A stretch of 59,821 nucleotides of DNA from a virus, in IMG/VR virus record IMGVR_UViG_3300037714_000050; one strand, given 5' to 3'. The position numbers and the translations under genes were made by a program. The notes under the pieces are model-generated. The model was not told where the DNA came from and made no database searches. It was given only the letters and a program-made list of their open reading frames with translations. Shown here piece after piece: positions 7,077 to 17,397 of this stretch. The stretch's first letter is position 1, and the number at the start of each line of letters is the position of its first letter.

Positions 7077-8165
7077 TTAGTCCTCCGGGGGTACGTCGTT
7101 GGCTGACGCCGGGTACAGGGTGATGGCGATCTTCTCGCCCGCGTCCCCATCCTCCGTCACTACGACGCGGTTCAGCTTCTGCATCTGCGAGACCTTCAGC
7201 GTCAGCAGCGTCGCCCGCAGGGGGATGCGAGCACCAGGAACCAGGTCCGCCATCGTCAGCACACCGTTCGGATTCAACTGCGAGTTGTCCGGCACACGCA
7301 CATGCAGCGGCACCGGGTTGCGCCCGTTCAGGTTCCGCTCCGCCTGCGACAGGAGCGCTGCCTGCGTCGGAGCCTCTGTGCCGTCCTCGTTGTACGCGCT
7401 GTCCAGGATCTCCCACTCGCCGTAGTACGGGTCCACGCCGCCCGTCGTCGCGAACACACCCGTGCCGCTCGTGACGGCAGCGATGGTTGCACCCTCCATG
7501 CCGTACTGCGTCACCACGATGTCGCTGAGGAAGTCCTCCTCCGTCACAGTCGGCGTCGTGTACCAGATGGTGTGCGTGTCGAACAGCAGGATCCGCCGAC
7601 CGATGGTCGTGTAGTCCAGGCCAGCGCGCCACGCCATCGCATCGATGTCCTCGAAGACCGTGGACTCGTACGGGATCGTGGACTTCGAGGTCTGTGAGTC
7701 TGTGGCCGTGGTGAACGCCGTCACGTGGGGGAGCACGTTGATAGGAGGGTCCAGCGCCTCCTTGCGTGACAGTTCGCCCAGCACGTTGATGGAGCGCTGG
7801 ATAGTCGTCTCGATGTTCGGGTACGCGTTGCTGTACGCAGCACGCATGATCGTCCGGTAGGCGTAGTACATGACGTCCTTCGCCTGGACGATGATGCGAT
7901 CCCGGTGCCACGCGATGTGGGAGATCGGCCCCTCCCAGACCCGCTCGTCGCCCCGGTAGATGACCAACTCACTGCGGTTCGGGGCAGCGGTGCGCATCTG
8001 CTCCTGGCAGTCAGGCCCCGGGTTCACGATGGTCACCGTCGCCTGGGAGATGTCATCGCGCAGGCGCTCCCACGACACGACCGTCAGAGGGCTCACCTGG
8101 AACAGACGGTGAGCCCCACCACGGTCGTAGATGTAGGCAGTGTGGTTCTGGCAGTTCAGCGCCAC
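7077..8165 (-). CDS. Minor tail protein
   Basis: 362-aa ORF between the large tail protein and the fibre-like genes. GTG start after GAGGGG. Confidence 0.6.
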   Translation of the reverse strand: MALNCQNHTAYIYDRGGAHRLFQVSPLTVVSWERLRDDISQATVTIVNPGPDCQEQMRTAAPNRSELVIYRGDERVWEGPISHIAWHRDRIIVQAKDVMYYAYRTIMRAAYSNAYPNIETTIQRSINVLGELSRKEALDPPINVLPHVTAFTTATDSQTSKSTIPYESTVFEDIDAMAWRAGLDYTTIGRRILLFDTHTIWYTTPTVTEEDFLSDIVVTQYGMEGATIAAVTSGTGVFATTGGVDPYYGEWEILDSAYNEDGTEAPTQAALLSQAERNLNGRNPVPLHVRVPDNSQLNPNGVLTMADLVPGARIPLRATLLTLKVSQMQKLNRVVVTEDGDAGEKIAITLYPASANDVPPED

Positions 8166-8178
8166 CGAGCACCCCTCT

Positions 8179-8196
8179 CAGAAAACCGGTTTTCTG
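8179..8196. promoter_or_regulatory. Palindromic motif copy 1/13 (CAGAAAACCGGTTTTCTG)
   Basis: Intergenic, 14 nt upstream of the GTG of the 7077-8165 gene on the - strand. Confidence 0.6.
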
Positions 8197-8199
8197 GCA

Positions 8200-11100
8200 T
8201 CAGTCGCGGACCACCAGATCCACGAGCATGAGCGTGTCCGTGTACGCCTCACCAGAGTCAAGCTCCAGGGTCACCAGGTACGGAATCCCGCCCGTCAGTT
8301 CGGGCCACTCGACCGGTCCGCCGTCCGGGCCGTACAGCAGGTGGTTCCCATCCTGGTCAACGAAGCCAGGCTTGCTCACCGTCGCCTCACGGAGCACACC
8401 GTTGATCACGATGGTGGCACCCTCCGCCAGGTAGGACACGATGATCTCGCCGTCGTAGTCGCACGGCCCCAACTGGTCGATGGTGAGGTTGTCCGGGTTC
8501 TCCCAGAAGCGGATGCGCGCCTGTCGGACCGGAGCCGTGCCAGCGATCAGGGTGATGACCGGGTACGCCGTCAGGTTCCGAGGAACCGTGTCAGCAGGCA
8601 CGCTCACCACTGTCCGGTTGTAGGAGCTGGGCTCCGTCACGCACGCGTTGGCCACCTGCGGGGGTGCAGGAGGTGCGGGCGGAGCGGGGCACTCAGGGTC
8701 CTCCGACACGTCCTCGGCCAGGGGCGTGAGCAGAAGCGCCGACTGGTTCGGGTCACCAGACCACTCAGTGTTCGGCGTGGTCTGGTCAAACGGCTCGGTC
8801 GCAACGTCCCCACGCTGGATCATGAGGGCATCGACCTCCATGCCCACGGCTGCCGCAACGTCATCGGGCGGGAAGAAGCCTGACTCGATCCCGGACAGAG
8901 TCACGTTGTCCGGGAGGGTGAACGTCGTCTCTAGCCGGTACCACTGCCCGACCACCGCCACGTTGACCGTGTCACCGCTGGAGAACGACGGGTGGCCAGT
9001 CATGGTGACGAAGCAGTTCATCTCGAAGACGCCCAGCGTGCCTGACGTGGTAGCGCGCACGTACGCGCTGACGGTCAGGGTGTCACCGCCGATGGGGAGA
9101 GGTCCGGAAGTGACCTCCGAGGGGAAGTAGTAGTTGTTGACTACGGCCAAGGAGCCGCCAGCATCTGCCGTAATCCGGTACACCCACTCACCGAGGCGAG
9201 CCGTGGGCGACATGACGCGATCGTTGAACGTCAGGTTCGCGCCACCACCCGCCCAACTCGGGTCAGCGGGAACGACAGCCTCCAGCGACGGGTCGTAGGA
9301 GAAGTTGATGATCTGCGGCAGGCCATCCTCAGAGCACGGCACATCCGGGATGGTCACCGAGGTACCAGTGGGCAGACCGCCAGCGAAGATCGGGTTGCGG
9401 TACTTGAACGGGTTTCCTGCCCGCAGGGAGTAGGTGATCTCCGCCATGACGCCACAGGAGGCACGGCGGAGGTTGGTCAGAATCGGACCCTGCGACGCCT
9501 TCACCTGGTACATCGTGCGCGCCTGGAACCGGCCCGGGTCAGGCTCGGTAGCGTCCGTCTCCAGGATCTCTTCCACCATGTACTGATCGATCTGCCACGA
9601 GACGGAGCCGAAGGAGCCCAGTTCAAGGTTCGCGTTCGGGTGAAGCCCGATCACGGTTGAGGTCTCTGCTGCCGTGAACTCGATGACCCAGAAGTGCGCG
9701 GACCCGTTGTCTACGGTGTACGTTGCGACAGCTCCCGTGCCTGTGCCGACAGAGGCGAACGGGTTGATGTCCTGACCCCCGCTGACATCCGTCTCGGACC
9801 AGGTCGCATCGAACTGGATCATGAGGCGGTAGCGACTGGCTGGAATCATGCCGAAGACGGTGCGCTCAACGCCGTGATCAGGCGTGTACGTCAACGCTGA
9901 CTCGAACGGAGCCTGACCGATGGTCCACACCATGCTGAACTCAACTGCCTCGCCGTAGATCCACTCCACGGACATGGTGTCTGGCGCAAGGTGCGTCCAC
10001 CCATCCGAAGGCGGCACAACGTTATGACCAGAGCCGAACGCCACGACGCCAGGGCGCGGCACGCGCCGGACCAGGGCGCTGTAAATCAGGAGAGCAGTGG
10101 TCGGCACAGAAGGGCTGGTCTGCGTCGGAGTAAGCGACAGGTGCACAGAATCGGTGCGCGGGATGAAGTCGAGAACTGTCGTCTCGGTCGGAGGGTCCTC
10201 GCTCCAGCCTGAGACCGTCTCGTAGTCGATCTCCTGCTCCAGGCTGGAAGACGACGCGTTGGGGGTACCGTCCCACCGGTACCCCTCGAAGTTCCCATCG
10301 AAGTAGGTGCCGACATCCTCGACCTCGACCTCGATGGACCCATCCTGAGCGGTCTGGAGACCGAACACCAAGTAGGCCAGCGGGTTGGCAGTGGGGCGCT
10401 GGCTGTCGAAGTACGACTCATCAGAGGAGCCCACCAGGACGATGCCGCCCGTGGCGTCGTAGATGTCACCCACCTGTACCGCAGCACCGCCACCTGCCCC
10501 ACCAACCTCCAGGATGACGCGCATCTCCTCGACGCCCACCAGATCGCTCTGTGCGTTCTGGCCTCCGGCCACGTAGAGCCAGGTGTCAGCGTCCAGCGAG
10601 AACGGCTCAACAACCTCCTCCAGAAGAACCTCACCAGCCGCGAACACCTGGTGGCGTGCGGTACCAGTGACAGCACGGTTCGACCGGAAGAAGGCACCAG
10701 TGACCCACGGAGTGCCCGTGAGGAGGGGGTCGGGGTAGTCCGAGATGCCCATGAAGGACGAGACGATGCTCGTGAACGGCCCTGCGGTCCCAGAGGTCGG
10801 AGCGGTAGTGACCTCGTTGCGGTTGTATGTGGGCGACTGGACCGACCCGTACAGCACTGGTCCATCGACAGCACCAGCGACCGCAGACGGAGTGACCACC
10901 CCGTCTGCGCCCAGCGCAAAGTCCCACACGTTGGTCTGCTCGGCGCGGGAGTCCGTGTGCAGGTTGGTGCGCAGGATGTCGTAGCCCGGGGACTCGACCA
11001 GGAGGTTGGCGGCGCCGAACTCCATGTTCGGCTGGATCGCTCCAACCCCTACGGTCCAGGCGGCGAAGATCTCCATCGACACCGCGCTTTCTGGCGCGAC

Positions 11101-12249
11101 GACGATGCCCTCCAGGCGCTGCCAGGTGTTGTTCATGCCAACACCAGACCGGAGAATGACCTCGGTGCCGATCTGACCGCCGCCGCTGTTGAAGAATCTG
11201 GAGGACAGACGGGCCGTGCCAACCGGAGCACGCAGATAGATCGACCCCTGGTACAGGTTGCCAGCAGTGACGGGGATGGAGTCGTTCACCCCAACAGCGC
11301 CAAGAGCGGAGATGCCGTACGGCGAGGACGTGTTCGAGGACGTGGTGATGGACTGCCGGTACCCGAGGCCAAGCGGACCACCCGTGGGAATGTCAGCCTC
11401 GGAGTCGGTCACCCCCCCACCCGCGAACTCCCACCCGAGCAGGCGAGGGTTCGGCGCGAGGTTCGTCCGGGACTCGGCGCAAGAGTCGGCAATGCGGACG
11501 TAGAAGTCACCGAAGTTCTCGATCCGCATCCGAAGCTGGTACTGCTCACCGGGGATGAGGCCCGTGATCTCGCGACAGGCAAGCTTCTGCGGATCGCCAG
11601 GGTTCCAGTCGAAGCGAAGCCCGGGGTCGGGCAGGCTGCCGCCTCCAGGCCATGCGGTGATGGTCCCGGACGAAGTGGTCCACGCGTCCAGTTCCGCCTG
11701 CGTTACAGGCACCTCCAGCGTGTACGGCTCAGCGAAGTCGGGCGGAAGCACCTGCACTGGGGGACACGAGGAGAAGACGTTCAGGCGGTCACCGAAGCAC
11801 CGCCCCTCCTCCGTTCCGTTCAGCGCGCTGTCTAGCCAGGACATGCCCGCGTACAGCGCCGCCTCATCCTTGGCGAAGGCGACGCCGTTGACCCGGATGT
11901 CCTTGCCGGTGAAGCGCGAGCCCACGACCACGGAGCCGTCGCCGGTCAGTTCGGCAGACTCGATGCTCCGCGTGGAGTCATCGATGCCTGCAAAGCCCAG
12001 CGGGTAGACACCATAGAAGTCGCCGGTCACCGGGTCGGTCGGGTCGTACCAGGGCGCGTTGTCGCCCTCAGGTGTCGTGTAGCCATCAGGGGAACCCACG
12101 GCAGCCTCTAGGCCGTCGCAGTCCTCGCACCCCCGCAGACCCATGCTGGGTGCGAGGTTGTCTGTGTACGCCTTCACGCGGGCAGCGTTGACCAGTTCGA
12201 TGGTCTCGCCGTCGCCGTTCGCCAGCGCCATGTACCCGGGGTACGTCAC
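8200..12249 (-). CDS. Large minor tail protein (1349 aa; tip or receptor-binding, carbohydrate-binding-like repeats)
   Basis: Position immediately after the tape measure gene, plus its size. GTG start after AGGAGA. Confidence 0.65.
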   Translation of the reverse strand: MTYPGYMALANGDGETIELVNAARVKAYTDNLAPSMGLRGCEDCDGLEAAVGSPDGYTTPEGDNAPWYDPTDPVTGDFYGVYPLGFAGIDDSTRSIESAELTGDGSVVVGSRFTGKDIRVNGVAFAKDEAALYAGMSWLDSALNGTEEGRCFGDRLNVFSSCPPVQVLPPDFAEPYTLEVPVTQAELDAWTTSSGTITAWPGGGSLPDPGLRFDWNPGDPQKLACREITGLIPGEQYQLRMRIENFGDFYVRIADSCAESRTNLAPNPRLLGWEFAGGGVTDSEADIPTGGPLGLGYRQSITTSSNTSSPYGISALGAVGVNDSIPVTAGNLYQGSIYLRAPVGTARLSSRFFNSGGGQIGTEVILRSGVGMNNTWQRLEGIVVAPESAVSMEIFAAWTVGVGAIQPNMEFGAANLLVESPGYDILRTNLHTDSRAEQTNVWDFALGADGVVTPSAVAGAVDGPVLYGSVQSPTYNRNEVTTAPTSGTAGPFTSIVSSFMGISDYPDPLLTGTPWVTGAFFRSNRAVTGTARHQVFAAGEVLLEEVVEPFSLDADTWLYVAGGQNAQSDLVGVEEMRVILEVGGAGGGAAVQVGDIYDATGGIVLVGSSDESYFDSQRPTANPLAYLVFGLQTAQDGSIEVEVEDVGTYFDGNFEGYRWDGTPNASSSSLEQEIDYETVSGWSEDPPTETTVLDFIPRTDSVHLSLTPTQTSPSVPTTALLIYSALVRRVPRPGVVAFGSGHNVVPPSDGWTHLAPDTMSVEWIYGEAVEFSMVWTIGQAPFESALTYTPDHGVERTVFGMIPASRYRLMIQFDATWSETDVSGGQDINPFASVGTGTGAVATYTVDNGSAHFWVIEFTAAETSTVIGLHPNANLELGSFGSVSWQIDQYMVEEILETDATEPDPGRFQARTMYQVKASQGPILTNLRRASCGVMAEITYSLRAGNPFKYRNPIFAGGLPTGTSVTIPDVPCSEDGLPQIINFSYDPSLEAVVPADPSWAGGGANLTFNDRVMSPTARLGEWVYRITADAGGSLAVVNNYYFPSEVTSGPLPIGGDTLTVSAYVRATTSGTLGVFEMNCFVTMTGHPSFSSGDTVNVAVVGQWYRLETTFTLPDNVTLSGIESGFFPPDDVAAAVGMEVDALMIQRGDVATEPFDQTTPNTEWSGDPNQSALLLTPLAEDVSEDPECPAPPAPPAPPQVANACVTEPSSYNRTVVSVPADTVPRNLTAYPVITLIAGTAPVRQARIRFWENPDNLTIDQLGPCDYDGEIIVSYLAEGATIVINGVLREATVSKPGFVDQDGNHLLYGPDGGPVEWPELTGGIPYLVTLELDSGEAYTDTLMLVDLVVRD

Positions 12250-12257
12250 GTGATCTC

Positions 12258-14834
12258 CTACTTCCCTCGTGCCGCTAGCTCGTCCATGACCTCTAGCGCG
12301 ACAAGCCTAGGGTTAGCGTACGGAGTAACGATGGTGATGCCGCCCACGTCGTTCGTGGCGCGGACGGGTGTCCCACCCGATGTGTCAGAGACGGCCTGTG
12401 CCGCCATGGCTGAGACAGGGGCGTTCGTCGTCGGGAAAGTCGCAGCGTCAGCGAGCGTGTTCGTTGCTGAGAGCACGTCATCCATCCCGGCGTCCAGGCC
12501 AGCGACCAGGCCCTCCACGATGTTCTTTCCGAACTCCTCGAACACCTTGGACGGCGATGCGATGCCCAGGATGTTGGCGAACGTAGACGCAGCCTGCTGT
12601 GCCAGGCGCTGTAGGTAGCCGATGATGGCCGACCCCCGGCTCACGATGCCATTGAACAGGCCCTGCATCATGCTGATGCCGATAGATGCGAACCTACCGG
12701 CCAGACCCGACAGGGCGCCGACTGCGCGGGAGCCGAACTCGCGCAGTCGGCCAACGGCCCGGTTCACCCCGTTCTGGATAGAGGTAGCGAACCGACCGAT
12801 GGCGTCGGCAGCCCCTGCCGGGAGTCGGCGCAGGGCCGAGACGGTGTTATCAGTCGCGTTGCGTACGTTCTGGACCAGATCACGCAGGGCGATGAGCGCT
12901 GTCTTCCGGAGATCGAGGAAGGCGATACCGGCTCGCGCCATGAATATCAGGACCTGGCGCGACCAGTCACCGAGGAGGTCGATCATGTCCGACACGAACT
13001 GCTTGATGGCCTCGATGATCCGATCAATGGCGTTGTTGATCGAGTCGACTAGCTCTGCGAAGGCGTCGCTCACCGAGTTGCCGAAGTCGGTGAGGGCTCC
13101 GCCGATTATCTCCAGGGATCGAGACACGTCTTCCGGGAGTTGCGCGAACGCCTCACCCGTGGCGTCGATAGTGTCAGAGATGAACTGAGCGACGCCCGAA
13201 AGGATCTCCCGGACTGTCTGATCGAACTGGAACAGCGCGCCTGCGACTGTCTGCGCCCCCGTCTGGAGGGCGAGCCAGAACGCCTCCGCCTGGATGCCCA
13301 CAACCTGGAAGGCGAGCAGCAGGCCGTCCCACACGGTCGTCGCCATCTGGCCGATGGTCGTGAGGGCGTTCCCGACGTTCTCCAGGAGGGTGCTCGCGAA
13401 CAGGAGCAGGTCGATGGTGGTGTTCTGCACCAGTTCCGCGAGGTCGGCCAGCGCGGTGATGCCAGTCGCGAGGAACTCCAGGAACATGATGAAGCCCTGG
13501 CGGGTGAAGACGGTATCCATCGCATCGAAGAGGTCCACGACCGTACCCAGGACGGTACCTATCGCCTGTATGGCATCGACGCCCTGGTAGAACCAGGTCA
13601 GCAGCGCCTCTCGGCCACCCTCGTCAGACACCCAGGTGTTGAACTCCTCCACGATGTCGCGGATGTTGTCCAGAAGGACCTGAGCAGCGTCGGCCCCGCC
13701 CTCGGTCCACAGGTTGGCCAGCGCGGTGCCGACCTCACCAGCGATATCGAACAGCAAGCCGAGGAGGTCCAGAGCCTGCTGAAGGAATTCGTTGACCGCC
13801 TCCTGGCCTTCGACGGAGTTCACCCACTCGCTGAACTGGGTGAGGACTCGCTCAATCGCCTCCAGCAGCCGGTCAGCCGCAGGGGTAGCAGCGTCGAAGA
13901 GTCCGAGCAGCGAGCCGCCCAGGCTGGAGAGCACGTCCAGGATTCGACCGAACGTATCTGGGATGGACTCGCCCAGGGATGCGAATGTGGCAGCGAGGGG
14001 ACCGCCAGGGCCGATCTCGCCCACCACGTCTGCCACCCAGTCAGCGAACTCGGCCGCGACAGAGTTCAGGAAGGGACCAAGGGGGCGCAGCGCGGTCACC
14101 AGGCTGTCCACCTGGCCACCCAGGCTCTCGAACAGGGTTTCCTGCACCCCTGAGCGCAGTTCCTTGAACAGATCAACCAGCGGGCCGAACACGGCCTGCT
14201 GCTCCTTGCTCATCTTGGCGAAGGCGAGGGCCAGTGTGGCGATGCCAGCCGTGAGCGCGCCGACGACAGGAACCAGGGCGACGATGCCGCCGAACAGCGC
14301 ACCTCCGATACCCACCGCGAGCGCGGTGACGCCAGCAGTCACCGCCGAGAGGCCACCTGCGAAGAAGCCGATGACGTTGATGCCGATGTTGAACGCGAGG
14401 ATCAGCGCAGCAAGCTGCACGATCAGGCCGTCGATGCCGCCCGCACCCAACCCTCGGATGTTGTCACCGACGAGTCGGAACCCGCCAGCAAACTGCACGA
14501 GGGATGGGAAGCGGGCGATGGCGTCGCCAAGACGGTCGAACGTGTTGGCGATGGTGCCAAGGCCCCGGCCGATGACGTTCCCGACAAGGCGCTCCACCCC
14601 AGCGGAGACGACACCCACGAAGTTCAGGAAGTCGTTCCGCGAACCTCGCAGGGTCGAACCCCAGAAGCGGTCGAAGATGCGCGTGGTGCGCTGAAGCCGC
14701 GTGTCCAGGTTCTGGGCCAGCGTGTTGCCGTAGTCCCGCCCCGCTCGCGCTGCCGCAGCATTCAGTTCGCGCCGGAACGGGCTGAGGTCGGCGTGAACAT
14801 CGACCTCAGCCCTACCAACCACGGGACCTGGCAC
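12258..14834 (-). CDS. Tape measure protein
   Basis: 858 aa, with Ala/Gly/Leu-rich helical repeats and hydrophobic segments. Lies after the chaperone pair. Confidence 0.85.
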   Translation of the reverse strand: MPGPVVGRAEVDVHADLSPFRRELNAAAARAGRDYGNTLAQNLDTRLQRTTRIFDRFWGSTLRGSRNDFLNFVGVVSAGVERLVGNVIGRGLGTIANTFDRLGDAIARFPSLVQFAGGFRLVGDNIRGLGAGGIDGLIVQLAALILAFNIGINVIGFFAGGLSAVTAGVTALAVGIGGALFGGIVALVPVVGALTAGIATLALAFAKMSKEQQAVFGPLVDLFKELRSGVQETLFESLGGQVDSLVTALRPLGPFLNSVAAEFADWVADVVGEIGPGGPLAATFASLGESIPDTFGRILDVLSSLGGSLLGLFDAATPAADRLLEAIERVLTQFSEWVNSVEGQEAVNEFLQQALDLLGLLFDIAGEVGTALANLWTEGGADAAQVLLDNIRDIVEEFNTWVSDEGGREALLTWFYQGVDAIQAIGTVLGTVVDLFDAMDTVFTRQGFIMFLEFLATGITALADLAELVQNTTIDLLLFASTLLENVGNALTTIGQMATTVWDGLLLAFQVVGIQAEAFWLALQTGAQTVAGALFQFDQTVREILSGVAQFISDTIDATGEAFAQLPEDVSRSLEIIGGALTDFGNSVSDAFAELVDSINNAIDRIIEAIKQFVSDMIDLLGDWSRQVLIFMARAGIAFLDLRKTALIALRDLVQNVRNATDNTVSALRRLPAGAADAIGRFATSIQNGVNRAVGRLREFGSRAVGALSGLAGRFASIGISMMQGLFNGIVSRGSAIIGYLQRLAQQAASTFANILGIASPSKVFEEFGKNIVEGLVAGLDAGMDDVLSATNTLADAATFPTTNAPVSAMAAQAVSDTSGGTPVRATNDVGGITIVTPYANPRLVALEVMDELAARGK

Positions 14835-14844
14835 GGGTGTCTCC

Positions 14845-15500
14845 CTACTTCGTCTGGGCTTTCGCCTGCATGAACATCGCCATCTCGTCCTCTACGACAG
14901 ATTCTGACACCCGGTCACTGCCCGGAACTGGCTTGGATATCTCTAGGTTCAGCGCCTTCATCGCCTCATCTGTCGATCCGCCCAGAGCGCTGTTCTGGAT
15001 GGACTTCAGGATGAACGAGAAGACAGCGTTCAGGAAGCGGTGGAAGGGGAGGTCGAACGGGTCGAGCCCGCGCGACGCGAAGTCGCCGTCGAACGCTTCC
15101 CAGTAGTGGCCCGCGAGTCCGATGAGGCGGATGCGGGCTGAGTAGGGGTTTCCTGGGACCAGTCCTCCAGCAGCGCGTCGAACACCTCCATCATGTCCAT
15201 GATGTCGAAGCCGCTGTTCTCCGAGGCCAGGAGGCGTCGGATGCGAGCAGCGTCGCCATCATCCACGAGCGACGTGACGAACTGGATGAAGGGCACGACG
15301 GCGGACATGCCGCGCTGGATGTCGTTCCCACCTCCGTCCACTGCCGCCTGCATCATCGACATGTGGACCAGCGCTGCGGTCCCGGGGTAGTAGAACTTCG
15401 TCTTCTGGTCCAGCACCTCGTACTCGATGAAGTTGCTGGTATCCCGCTCGGCACGGCGAGCAGCGGCCTTAGCCGCGCTTCCGAACTTGCGTACAGTCAT
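14845..15500 (-). CDS. Tail assembly chaperone -1 frameshift product (G-T-like)
   Basis: The -1 frame is open from upstream of 15240 down to TAG 14845-14847. It encodes ...GHYWEAFDGDFASRGLDPFDLPFHRFLNAVFSFILKS... The slip site is not resolved (candidate GGAAACCCC near 15140-15148). Confidence 0.55.
15030..15500 (-). CDS. Tail assembly chaperone (G-like)
   Basis: Position upstream of the tape measure gene. The C-terminal 40 aa look like out-of-frame low-complexity sequence. Confidence 0.7.
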   Translation of the reverse strand: MTVRKFGSAAKAAARRAERDTSNFIEYEVLDQKTKFYYPGTAALVHMSMMQAAVDGGGNDIQRGMSAVVPFIQFVTSLVDDGDAARIRRLLASENSGFDIMDMMEVFDALLEDWSQETPTQPASASSDSRATTGKRSTATSRRAGSTRSTSPSTAS

Positions 15501-15518
15501 GCTTCCTCCTCCTTGTTG

Positions 15519-16016
15519 TCAGTCTCCGTACAGAGTACGGACCACACCGAAGAATCCGTTGCGCTCCATGGCTCGGTCCAGCGCTCGGGCCAGGAAGTTG
15601 TTCGGCTCCTGGCCCCGGAATCGCTTGGAGTACAGCTTGTGCGGCCTGCGACCTGTGTTGCCGGGGCTCCGGTTCACCTTCCCAAACGCGATGCCACGCT
15701 TCATCAGCGCGGCACCGATCGGGTAGTTAGTTCGTCCATTCCCGTGGATAGTGCTGGACCCACCCGTGCCCTGGATCACGTACCCAACATGCGGTGCCGT
15801 GCAGGAGAGTGTGCCGATGGCAGTCGAGCGCGTGTAGGAGACGCCCTCGTTCCGGATACCGTTGAACAGCGCGTTCGTCCCTTGGGGGACGCTGCGTCGC
15901 GCACTGCGGTAGGCATCCTTGTTGATGTCGTCCGCCAGTTCCCCGATGTCCGTGTGCAGCAGCCGCTGGATGCCGCGCTCACGGACACGGAAACTCGTGG
16001 TCACCCGGGAGACCAT
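15519..16016 (-). CDS. Head-tail joining / tail completion protein (HK97 gp10-like)
   Basis: 165 aa with NNFLARALD near the C-terminus. ATGA overlap with the upstream gene. Confidence 0.45.
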   Translation of the reverse strand: MVSRVTTSFRVRERGIQRLLHTDIGELADDINKDAYRSARRSVPQGTNALFNGIRNEGVSYTRSTAIGTLSCTAPHVGYVIQGTGGSSTIHGNGRTNYPIGAALMKRGIAFGKVNRSPGNTGRRPHKLYSKRFRGQEPNNFLARALDRAMERNGFFGVVRTLYGD

Positions 16017-16525
16017 CAGGCCCTACCCACGCTGACCGTCCACGCGCCACCGACCAGGCCACCGTTTGGCCCCTGGGGGTCGTAGGAACCGAGGATCAGG
16101 TCTAGGTCGCTGCCGTCAGCGCAGCACAGGATCGCTGCTCGGATGGCTGCCATGGTGGCCATCTGGAGCCGCGCCGCGCCGAACTGCTGAAGCTGATCGG
16201 GGGGAGATCCGTCAGCGTTCTGCACAGGGGTGCAGTGGAGGACGCCCACCTCGACGTCCGCCGCCAGCGTCGTGCCGCAGTTGTTCAGGTCGAAGCTCTG
16301 GCCGGGGAAAACGGCGGACGGCACCACGGAGTCCAGCCGGACCCACGCCATGCCGCTCGTGTAGTCCCACGTGGCCTGCTGGCCGGGAACGATGCCGCAG
16401 AAGCAGTCGCCTGGCATGAGTCCACGTTCGGTCAGCGTCTCGCAGAGACAGTCCCGCAGCCGGACCAGCAGCGGCCAGATCTCGGAGTCCTCAGTGAAGT
16501 CGCTCGGGGGGATGGTCTCGGTCAT
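16016..16525 (-). CDS. Hypothetical structural protein (169 aa)
   Basis: Internal start MTETIPPSDF, in ATGA overlap with the upstream stop. Confidence 0.55.
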   Translation of the reverse strand: MTETIPPSDFTEDSEIWPLLVRLRDCLCETLTERGLMPGDCFCGIVPGQQATWDYTSGMAWVRLDSVVPSAVFPGQSFDLNNCGTTLAADVEVGVLHCTPVQNADGSPPDQLQQFGAARLQMATMAAIRAAILCCADGSDLDLILGSYDPQGPNGGLVGGAWTVSVGRA

Positions 16526-17397
16526 CAGAACCGCCAGGTGGTACGCCGACCCCTGGGGGCGTCGGGGGAGTAGATGCCCGAGGGCAGGGCGTTGGTCGGG
16601 TTCCAGATCCGGATGTACGAGTCCACGGTCCGTACGCCAGTCATGCCGCCCGTGAACATCTCCGGGTCCAGTTCCATGGTGATGCCCTGGCGAGTGATGG
16701 ACTGAACATTCGCAGGCAGCGCACAGTCCTTGTTGACGCACGCCTTGGCGAACTCGGCAGCCAGCAGGCCAGCGACGTAGGCACCCACGCCGTCCACCTC
16801 GTTGCCGTCCAGGTAGGTGACGATGAACGTCCCCTCACCGGAGTCGGCACCCATGTCCTGACAGACAGGCCACGTACCGCCGTCCGTACGCACGAGACGG
16901 TTGTTGTTGTCCACGCGGTACGTGCTCGGGTCCAGGGTCACGCCGTCCAGGACGACGGAGTCCACCCGACCGACGTTCACGACCGTGGGCAGGTAGACCT
17001 CCTCGACCTTGGTGCAGGAGCAGCCATCGCCCGTGCAGCCGCAGGCGTTCAGCCACTGGCCACCCGGACCCACGTACGGGCTGAAGCCGAAGCTGCCGCC
17101 GTACGCGCCAGCGAACAGCACCCCCAGGTCCGGGGCGGTGAGCCACGACCCAGGGATGCAGGACCGGTTGCACGGACGCACGGTGGTGGAGCAGCCGCCG
17201 ACCCGGTACCCGGTGAGCATCCGTAGCGTCTGCGCGGCCAGCGCCTCGGACAGTGCCATGACCTCCGGGGTGATGTCGTCCATCACGTCGGAGGGGCAGG
17301 CGTCCCAGTTGACGGGGAAGCACAGGTCCAGCGAGGGCGGGATGACACTCGTCTCTGCGTCGAACGCGCTGGAGTAGGCAGTCGAGAAGGCTGGCAT
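16525..17397 (-). CDS. Head-to-tail adaptor/connector-like protein (Cys-rich)
   Basis: 290-aa ORF. The call rests on position and the Cys-rich pattern. Confidence 0.45.
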   Translation of the reverse strand: MPAFSTAYSSAFDAETSVIPPSLDLCFPVNWDACPSDVMDDITPEVMALSEALAAQTLRMLTGYRVGGCSTTVRPCNRSCIPGSWLTAPDLGVLFAGAYGGSFGFSPYVGPGGQWLNACGCTGDGCSCTKVEEVYLPTVVNVGRVDSVVLDGVTLDPSTYRVDNNNRLVRTDGGTWPVCQDMGADSGEGTFIVTYLDGNEVDGVGAYVAGLLAAEFAKACVNKDCALPANVQSITRQGITMELDPEMFTGGMTGVRTVDSYIRIWNPTNALPSGIYSPDAPRGRRTTWRF

